Shown piece after piece: positions 57,644 to 64,000 of a stretch of 64,000 nucleotides of DNA (position 1 is its first letter; the number at the start of each line of letters is the position of its first letter). Made by a program: the position numbers and the translations under genes. Location of the stretch: the IMG/VR virus record IMGVR_UViG_3300036851_000360, positions 8,181 to 72,180 of that record; one strand, 5' to 3'. Origin of the DNA: a virus. The notes below the pieces were generated by a model that was given only the letters and a program-made list of their open reading frames with translations, made no database searches and was not told the DNA's origin.

Positions 57644-57874
57644 ATGAGCCGCCCGCCAGGCAGCGAACAACGCCAACGCACCGCCCTCGTGGGTGTCCGT
57701 CTCCTCCCGGAGGAGTACCAGCGCCTCGTAGACCACGCCACCACCCGTGGCATGACCGCGCCGGCGGTCCTCCGGTCCCGCATCGAAGACCTGATCCGCC
57801 CTCAGCCCGCGTGGAGCGGTCAGGAGTCGTATCCATCCGCAGACGCCGCGGAAAGCCCGGCAGCGGCGAACTGA
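57644..57874 (+). CDS. MobC/MobA-like ribbon-helix-helix protein
   Basis: 'SEQRQRT..VGVRL.PEEY..L...A..RG.T....LR'. Confidence 0.55.
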   Translation: MSRPPGSEQRQRTALVGVRLLPEEYQRLVDHATTRGMTAPAVLRSRIEDLIRPQPAWSGQESYPSADAAESPAAAN

Positions 57875-57953
57875 GGGGCAGCAAGAGGCATAAACAAGCA
57901 ACCCAGCCCACCCCAGAAACCCCGAACCTGCCGAACCTGCCTAGGAGCCCACC

Positions 57954-58886
57954 GTGGACCGTGCCCTCAAAGCCGTCGCACACCCCTACCAACGCCGGAA
58001 GCCCACCAACGAGAAACTCCGCGCCCTCGGCTGGACCATCGCCCTCGTTCTCGGAGTCGCCACCGCCTTCGTCGGATCCGTGGCCCTTGTCGTCATTGGT
58101 GGCGCACTAGCCGTCAGCGTCGTCGGCGGACCCGCCGGAGTCATCCTCACCCTCGTCACAGCCTGCCTGCTCATCGCCGTCGGAATCTGGCTCGCCAACG
58201 ACAAGCAGCGGCCATGACCGAACCCGGGTACGAACGCATCGCCGATGCGATCTTCTACGCGTGTGAAGTCGCCGCCCTGGACATCATCGTCACCCGCGAC
58301 CGGCGCCCGGTCGACTCCCCGGAGCTGGTGCTCGCCCGGGTGCTGGACAAAGCCGGCCTCATCGACTGGGCCGCGTTCGAGGAGAAGCCATGAGCGCCGA
58401 CCTTCTCCGCCAGGCAGCTGAGCGCATCGAACAACTCGCCGGCGACTGCCCCACCAACACCGCCGACTACCGGCACCTCTGCTCATTCCTCTCTCGAGGC
58501 AACGGAGGCGTGATTGGGCAACCAACCCTGCAGTGGTGGAACACCATGGGGCCGGACATCGGGGCCCCGCTCGCCGCCGTCCTCCGTATGTACGCCGATG
58601 CCTGCGAACGACACGTCGCAGGCCGCCCAGTCGAAGACCTCATCGGCGACACGCCGGCGTTCGCCCTCGCCCGCGCAATCCTCGGAGAACAACCATGAGC
58701 GTCCCTAGCCACGAGAACCCGTCCGGCTACGAAATTCGCGCCGAGCGAGCAGCCGAGCACCAAGCCATGCTTCAGCGCCTCACGAAGCTTCAGCGCCACC
58801 TGGACGGCGTCAGTGGCCCAGCCCGCGTCCACGCCGAGATCGCGATCGAAACTCTCCGCGCCCGACTCCTGGGGCTGGTGCGATGA
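57954..58886 (+). other. Small genes (57954-58217 two-TM membrane protein, 58214-58393, 58390-58698, 58695-58886)
   Basis: Overlap-coupled ORFs with RBSs. Confidence 0.55.
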
Positions 58887-59085
58887 CCGACTCCCGCACC
58901 GAGGACTGGACCCCTGAAGGTGTCGACCTCCTCCTGAAACTCTGCGACGAACGCGAGAAGCACGTCCGCGACAGCGTCCCCCACCTGGCAGCCGACACAG
59001 CCACCCTGTCCGTCCGGCAGATCCGGCAAGTCCTCAGGAGATGGCGCCGATGACGCATGATCACCCAACGAGAGGAACCCTCCAC

Positions 59086-59469
59086 GTGAAGCGACTCATC
59101 ACCGGCCTGGCGGTTGGGCTGCTGGCCCTCACCGGCTGCAGTTCGGACGCCCAGAAGGTGTCGGAGAACCTGTCCACAGCAGCGGACAACTTCGAAGTCG
59201 AGCGGCTGATCGTGGGCATCAACGGCATCACCGACCAGGTCCTGTTCTCCGTTCAGGGCCGGTGCTCCATCACCCGTGACGGCGACCTGGTGGTCATCTG
59301 CAAGGAGGGCCCGAACGAGTACAAGAAGCACATGCTCGGCCTGTCCCACAACGTCACGTTCGTGTCCACCCAGCTCGCGCCAGCCGACGCCTCGGTCTAC
59401 CACACGCGGATCATCCTCAAGCCGACCAACATCGTGCCGGACTTCGACATGTCGGTGGGGAACCAGTGA
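59086..59469 (+). CDS. Phage lipoprotein
   Basis: Lipobox LTGC; 'A..VS.NLS.AADNFEV.R.IV.INGITD'. Confidence 0.75.
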   Translation: MKRLITGLAVGLLALTGCSSDAQKVSENLSTAADNFEVERLIVGINGITDQVLFSVQGRCSITRDGDLVVICKEGPNEYKKHMLGLSHNVTFVSTQLAPADASVYHTRIILKPTNIVPDFDMSVGNQ

Positions 59470-59836
59470 GACCTGGTCGACCGGAGCTGCTCGACCGGCT
59501 CGCCGAACTCGTGAAGGAGCAGCAGTGACCTGGTGGCACTGGTGGCACACCTGGGAGCCCGTCGCCGTGCAACACGGTCGGGACAGACTTTCCCGTACCG
59601 AGGTCACCGTTGTGCTCGAACGATGCTGGTGCGGCAAGACACGTACCCGAGGACCGCTTATCGGCCACTGGACAGCCGAAGAGGTGGGCATCGCCGAAGC
59701 CCGGAAGTAGATGAGGGCCCTGCCGCGATCAGCAACGCGGCAGGGCCCACCTGCGGCAACGACTGTGACGGGTCGCAAGGGAGCGCGCAGGGCCTCGTCC
59801 AAGGCGAGCGGAATCTACGCCACGGAGGTCATCGCT

Positions 59837-60562
59837 GTGCACGACACGCTCGAACGCCCCACCAACGCCTGCATGTGCTGCCTCCCACCCAGCCCCCAAC
59901 GCGGATGGCGCATCGCCGACACCGGATACCGCACCTGCGCCTCATGCCTCGACCGCATCCGCGACCTCCTCAAAGACATCGTCCGCCGCTACCTCCTACT
60001 CAACCCCCGACCAGGCGCATCCGGCGAACACGGCCGCGGAGCACCCGGATTCGGCTCCCGCAGCCCCGGCAGCGAACACATCATCGCGATGCGGGATCGC
60101 CGCTCCAGCCCAGTCGCGCGAACCTGGCTCGGCGGCGACGGCCGACTCCACCAAGAGTCCGAACGCCCCCCGATGTCCGTCCACGGCGTACTCGACACCA
60201 TCGCCTGGGACATCGCCGAAGCCCGCGAACAAGCCGGCCCCAACGAACGTTCAGACGTCCCCCAACTGGCCCGCTACATCGACGTCAACCTCGACTGGGC
60301 CACACGCCAAGCGGGCATCGCGGAAGTCGACAAGCAACTCCGCGCACTCGCCGCCCAACTGAAGCCCGTCACCGGCGACCCTGGCCGCCGGCACATCGGC
60401 ACCTGCCCAGTCGTCATCGACGAAGGCGAGCACACACGCGAGTGCGGAGCCCGCCTCTACGCCCCACTGAGGGGCGACAGCATCGAATGCGGCTCGTGTG
60501 GGGAGGTGTGGCCGCGGGAGAAGTGGCTGCGCCTCGGGGACCTCCTCCAGGACGTCAGCTGA
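59837..60562 (+). CDS. Zn-finger hypothetical protein (possible late regulator)
   Basis: Several CxxC motifs; 'G.CP...CGA.L.......I.C..CG..W'. Confidence 0.6.
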   Translation: MHDTLERPTNACMCCLPPSPQRGWRIADTGYRTCASCLDRIRDLLKDIVRRYLLLNPRPGASGEHGRGAPGFGSRSPGSEHIIAMRDRRSSPVARTWLGGDGRLHQESERPPMSVHGVLDTIAWDIAEAREQAGPNERSDVPQLARYIDVNLDWATRQAGIAEVDKQLRALAAQLKPVTGDPGRRHIGTCPVVIDEGEHTRECGARLYAPLRGDSIECGSCGEVWPREKWLRLGDLLQDVS

Positions 60563-60570
60563 GCGCCGCC

Positions 60571-60777
60571 GTGGCCGAGAGACGCCGACACCTCATCAAC
60601 GCCCGCGACGCAGTAACCCACCTGCGCCGCGCCTACGGCCTACGCCTCTCACCCGCCACGATCCGACAGTGGGCCGCCCGAGACCACATCGGCTCCCACA
60701 GCTTCCGGCGAGAACGCTACGACCTCCGCGAGATCGTCGAACACGCCCGCGAACGTGGCCTGATTGCCGACCCGTGA
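60571..60777 (+). CDS. Small HTH DNA-binding protein
   Basis: 'SPATIRQWAAR.HI.......YDL.EI'. Confidence 0.6.
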   Translation: MAERRRHLINARDAVTHLRRAYGLRLSPATIRQWAARDHIGSHSFRRERYDLREIVEHARERGLIADP

Positions 60778-60849
60778 TCAGGTGTGTCACACTTTGTGCA
60801 GACGGCAGAGGTGTCTCTGTAACGCCTCAACCACGTTGAGCGAACTGAA

Positions 60850-60892
60850 CGTAGACCCCAGCCCAGGATCCCCTCCCGCGGCTGGGGTCTGC
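60850..60892. terminator. Stem-loop between convergent genes
   Basis: GTAGACCCCAGCC...GGCTGGGGTCTGC. Confidence 0.65.
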
Positions 60893-60895
60893 TCG

Positions 60896-61096
60896 TTACT
60901 CCGCCCGGGCGAGCATCTTGTACACGGCGTCTCGGGTGATCCCGGCGGCTTCCGCAATCTGCTCGACAGTGAACTGGCCGGAGTCTTTGGCCGCCCTGAC
61001 GGCGGCGACCCGGTTCCGCTCGGCTGCCTTTACCGTTGCGGTCGCCCGCGTGACGTTCCCGAGTAGTTTTGCCCGCAACCTTGTGACGCTGGTCAT
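60896..61096 (-). CDS. Small HTH protein, candidate regulator of the GTAGA-N6-TCTAC operators
   Basis: 'TVEQIAEAAGITRDAVYKML'; GGGAGG RBS; sits behind an operator pair. Confidence 0.75.
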   Translation of the reverse strand: MTSVTRLRAKLLGNVTRATATVKAAERNRVAAVRAAKDSGQFTVEQIAEAAGITRDAVYKMLARAE

Positions 61097-61114
61097 CGCC
61101 CCTCCCAGGTAGAC

Positions 61115-61153
61115 GTAGAGGCGAGTCTACGCATGTGGTAGAGCGGCGTCTAC
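61115..61153 (-). promoter_or_regulatory. Tandem operator/promoter A
   Basis: GTAGA-N6-TCTAC-N7-GTAGA-N6-TCTAC; minus strand TAGACG-17-TAGACT. Confidence 0.75.
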
Positions 61154-61170
61154 AGCTTCCGGAGGTGCGG

Positions 61171-61479
61171 ATGGGGAAGCTCGAGAAAGTCCCCGGCGTC
61201 CAGAACTGGATCGACCGCCTCCCCGCCAGCATGAAGGCAGCCTGGCACCGCTCGATCATCTACCGCGCCGCCGTACACCTCCACTTCGAACGCGGCATGC
61301 CCGTCGGCAAGGCCATCGCCTCCGCGATCAACTGGTGTAAGCACATCGCCGCCACCGGCGACGTCAAACAATGGCCCGGACCCCAGCAGGTCAACCCCAA
61401 GAGCGTCAGCGAGTGCGTCGCAGCACTGGCCCTATGGGAGTCCATGAAGGCCCACGCCAGGGCATCCCGGAAGGGCTGA
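61171..61479 (+). CDS. Hypothetical protein
   Basis: GGAGG RBS; 'AIA.AI...K...A...AAL..WE..KA'. Confidence 0.6.
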   Translation: MGKLEKVPGVQNWIDRLPASMKAAWHRSIIYRAAVHLHFERGMPVGKAIASAINWCKHIAATGDVKQWPGPQQVNPKSVSECVAALALWESMKAHARASRKG

Positions 61480-61480
61480 C

Positions 61481-61786
61481 ATGGCCTGGCAGGGCAGCAC
61501 CCGCCGCGTCCGGCTACCGAAGGAGTGGCACGCCGCCCGAGCTAGGGTGCTGCGCGACCACGGCCGCATCTGCCACCTCTGCGGCGGCCCAGGTGCCACC
61601 GAGGTCGACCACGTCGTCCCAGGTGACGACCACAGCCCAGCGAACCTGCGCCCCGCGCACAAGAGCTGTCACGCCCGGAAGTCATCCACGGAGGGCGGCA
61701 CGGTCGCCGGCACCAACCGCCGAGCCCGAGCAGCGGGTCGCAAACGCCCCCCCGAACCTCACCCCGGCGTCGTTTCTGCCCGCTAA
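61481..61786 (+). CDS. HNH endonuclease (terminase-associated type)
   Basis: 'VL.....C..CG...ATEVDH......H...NL...H..CH..KS'. Confidence 0.9.
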   Translation: MAWQGSTRRVRLPKEWHAARARVLRDHGRICHLCGGPGATEVDHVVPGDDHSPANLRPAHKSCHARKSSTEGGTVAGTNRRARAAGRKRPPEPHPGVVSAR

Positions 61787-61800
61787 CCCACGAAATGGAA

Positions 61801-61832
61801 CGAGCCCCAACCCTTGGGTGGGTTGGGGCTCG
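61801..61832. terminator. Stem-loop between convergent genes
   Basis: CGAGCCCCAACCC-N6-GGGTTGGGGCTCG. Confidence 0.7.
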
Positions 61833-61850
61833 CGGTTGACAGTCAGACCC

Positions 61851-62021
61851 TCAGTGCTTGCGCTCGGCCCTTCGAGCGGCCAGACGAGCACGCGCCCGCT
61901 CGGTGATGGCGGCAACGGCCTCCGGGGTAAGCAGCTCGGCAGGGATGACATCCGCACCGTTGGTCCGCTGCACGCTGGCCTGGCGCTCGTTCCGAGCCCG
62001 CTCGATCCAGAAGTCAATCAT
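61851..62021 (-). CDS. Small hypothetical protein
   Basis: GAGG RBS; behind operator pair B. Confidence 0.5.
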   Translation of the reverse strand: MIDFWIERARNERQASVQRTNGADVIPAELLTPEAVAAITERARARLAARRAERKH

Positions 62022-62055
62022 CGCTGGTGCCTCTCGTGGAGTTGCGCCCTTTGTT

Positions 62056-62094
62056 GTAGATCTGAGTCTACACAACATGTAGAGCATTGTCTAC
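62056..62094 (-). promoter_or_regulatory. Tandem operator/promoter B
   Basis: Same architecture as A; minus strand TAGACA-17-TAGACT. Confidence 0.75.
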
Positions 62095-62116
62095 ACCTCC
62101 CCGGGAGGAACCCACC

Positions 62117-62521
62117 ATGATGTCCGTGAAGCTCGTCCGCCGCTGGGGCCCGCACTCCGCCGGACGCACCGTCCAGGTCGACGACGAACAGGGCGTGTGG
62201 CTCATCCGCCACAACTACGCCCAGACCGCCGGTGAAGTCCTCGCCCCCGACCAGGTCGCAGCGGCTGAGGGCGGTCATGGTGCCGACCCGCTCGCCGGCG
62301 GCGACGCAACCCGACGCCGACCCCAGGTGACCCAGGGCTCCCGCAACAACTCCTCCAACGTCGCTCAGGCCGGCCCCGGTGTCCCGCCTGTGTTCCGGGC
62401 CGGGTTCACCGCCGACCACCGCGGGCTCGAGGGTGAGGCTGGACGCCACCACGAGGCGCCCGCACAGGCCGCTGAGGGCAGCAAGAAGCCCGTCAGGCGC
62501 CGGAGCAAGTCCGACAGCTGA
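62117..62521 (+). CDS. Hypothetical protein
   Basis: GGAGG RBS; 'VKL...WG....G.TV.V.......LI...YA'. Confidence 0.6.
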   Translation: MMSVKLVRRWGPHSAGRTVQVDDEQGVWLIRHNYAQTAGEVLAPDQVAAAEGGHGADPLAGGDATRRRPQVTQGSRNNSSNVAQAGPGVPPVFRAGFTADHRGLEGEAGRHHEAPAQAAEGSKKPVRRRSKSDS

Positions 62522-62540
62522 CGGGCTGTCTGGCGGTGGG

Positions 62541-62751
62541 TCAGCGGGCGAGGTGAACCCTCGCGTCGACGGCCCGCTCGACGTCGCCGAGCAGCTGCTG
62601 CAGGTGCCGACCGGTGCCCTTCCCGAGCAGATGCCGGGCGAGGTCTTCAACACCGGCGGCGTAGGCGCGCTCGGCCGGGCTATCGGAGCTCAAATGCCGC
62701 CCCGTACGCCTCGTCGGCCAGGGTTGCGAGCTGCGCTTCGGTCATCTTCAT
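62541..62751 (-). pseudogene. Frameshifted small gene
   Basis: MKMTEAQLATLADEAYG then +1 frame RHLSSDSPAERAYAAGVEDLARHLLG...; one extra base in a G4 run. Confidence 0.5.
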
Positions 62752-62765
62752 CGTGGTGTCCTTCC

Positions 62766-62841
62766 ACATCACGTCTTCCCGGGACCAGCTCCGCCGCGGG
62801 TACTCGTCCGAGGAGGTCCCCGGCCCCGGTTCCGGGACCGC
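62766..62841. repeat. Chimeric insert: inverted copy of 47050-47093 joined to direct copy of 7827-7859
   Basis: 44-bp and 33-bp exact matches sharing one base at 62809. Confidence 0.85.
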
Positions 62842-62917
62842 TCGGTGGTGGTGCTGGTGAAGTGCCCTGCCGAGGTAGCGACCCTCGGTACGCCAGCCAG
62901 GGCGTCCGTACGGGTGG

Positions 62918-63433
62918 TCAGGCCTCGTAGCAGTCGGAGTCGGTGGCGCAGGTGGCCTGAGCGATCGCGGCCGGCACGTATAGCGCTTCCAGCTGGTCGC
63001 TCGCAATGCCGGTGTAGCCCATTGCCAGCAGGTCCCCCCACATCGCATCCGAGACGGTGCCGTACTCCACCATCACGATGTCGCTGGGCAGGTACAGGGC
63101 CTCGCGCCCATCGGTCGGGTCGCCGGCGAAGCCCATCGCGATCAGCCGGTCCCACGTCACGTCCGGCACCTCGCCGTACTCGATGACGATCGAACCGGGC
63201 TGGGTTGAGCCGGTCCACTCGGCGGGAGTTTCGGCCATCGCCGGCGAACCGGTCCCGACCAGGGTGGCGAGGACCGCAACCACCAGGGCTGCAATGAGGG
63301 GGAAGCGCCTGCGGCGGGAGGTGGCTGGTGCCGCGTCCAGGGCCCGGAGGGAGCGCTCAGCTTCCCGCTCGGCGTTGCGGAAGTGGGCGATGGCGATCGC
63401 GAGCTGCTGGGCTGCGGCCTGGGTGCTGGTCAT
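62918..63433 (-). CDS. Membrane or secreted protein with internal duplication
   Basis: RRRR plus hydrophobic segment ending AMA; two copies of 'EYG.V.D..W..L.AMG..G...D..EALY.P'. Confidence 0.7.
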   Translation of the reverse strand: MTSTQAAAQQLAIAIAHFRNAEREAERSLRALDAAPATSRRRRFPLIAALVVAVLATLVGTGSPAMAETPAEWTGSTQPGSIVIEYGEVPDVTWDRLIAMGFAGDPTDGREALYLPSDIVMVEYGTVSDAMWGDLLAMGYTGIASDQLEALYVPAAIAQATCATDSDCYEA

Positions 63434-63461
63434 TGGGTGCTCCTCGGTGGGGGCTGCTGGT

Positions 63462-63500
63462 GTAGACCGAACTCTACGCACAACGTAGAGCTGTGTCTAC
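63462..63500 (-). promoter_or_regulatory. Tandem operator/promoter C
   Basis: Same architecture as A; minus strand TAGACA-17-TAGAGT. Confidence 0.75.
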
Positions 63501-63589
63501 ACCTGGGCGCAAAGAGGCGCCTGACCAGGGCACGCCAGGGCAAGAGAAGGCCAGCTCGCCATGCACAGGCTGTCCGCGCCAGCCCTCTT

Positions 63590-63880
63590 ACCCACAGCCA
63601 GCCACCTGGACCACACCACACACACCAGGCCGCGCCACCACGTGCAACCACACAGCCACACACCACGCACACACCAGACGCACGTACACGCAGACCAACG
63701 AGCAGCACGAGCAGCACAGCACTACACACACCACAACGCAGCTGCACCAGCTCAAGCACACGCACACACCAGCACAGCTGAAGCACCACGCACTAAGCAC
63801 ACATGTGCACCACCACCACGAAGCACACGACGAGTTCGAGCACGAGCACGTGCACCAGTGACAACGACGAGCAGCACAAG
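63590..63880. repeat. C/A-rich low-complexity tract
   Basis: Dense CAC/ACAC/GCAC repeats with very few T on the plus strand. Confidence 0.7.
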
Positions 63881-64000
63881 TCAGCTCACGTTGACGCGCA
63901 TCGCCGGCCCTTTCGCTCGAGCCCTTGGACCACCGACAACCGTGGGTCACGGAACGTGACGAAGGGGTGGGGGGTGACCCCCTCGCCTCGCGACCTGGAC

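Noticed and set aside
62766-62841. Diversity-generating retroelement template/variable repeat pair
   Set aside because: No reverse transcriptase in the window; copies are short and exact with no adenine-specific mismatches
61115-63500. GTAGA/TCTAC repeats as a CRISPR mini-array or Cas12a-like repeat
   Set aside because: Units are dispersed about 1 kb apart, have variable interiors and only 7-bp gaps, and coincide with promoter elements, which fits operators
63430-63959. His/Thr-rich and Cys/Val-rich ORFs
   Set aside because: They arise in several frames from the CA-rich low-complexity tract; no convincing RBS or codon bias

Overview
High-GC window that reads as most of a temperate siphovirus-type actinobacteriophage genome; a Pseudonocardia-like host is my inference from GC content and gene style. 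Gene order: head-tail connectors and tail genes (1-7.5 kb); large tail/baseplate proteins carrying PL7, PL6, GH16 and beta-helix polysaccharide-degrading domains (7.5-19 kb); a class F sortase with its probable substrate; endolysin and holin; a leftward accessory block; a large serine integrase beside a tyrosine-recombinase remnant; a repressor/Cro switch; early, recombination and prim-pol/primase genes with an iteron-rich origin; HNH; and a probable genome-end region. Terminase, portal and capsid genes are not in the window. Main observations: (1) a conjugative mobilisation module (MOBF relaxase-helicase, VirD4-like coupling protein, membrane proteins, divergent HTH-NUDIX, candidate oriT) sits between lysis and integration genes with no mating-pore genes, suggesting a phage that can also be mobilised by conjugation. 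(2) Three identical-architecture tandem operators (GTAGA-N6-TCTAC twice) overlap three leftward promoters near the right end. (3) A 76-bp insert consists of two exact copies of distant phage genes. (4) A GH16 module appears to split an Ig/PKD-like domain across an in-frame TGA. All calls come from motif recognition by eye; no database searches were run.
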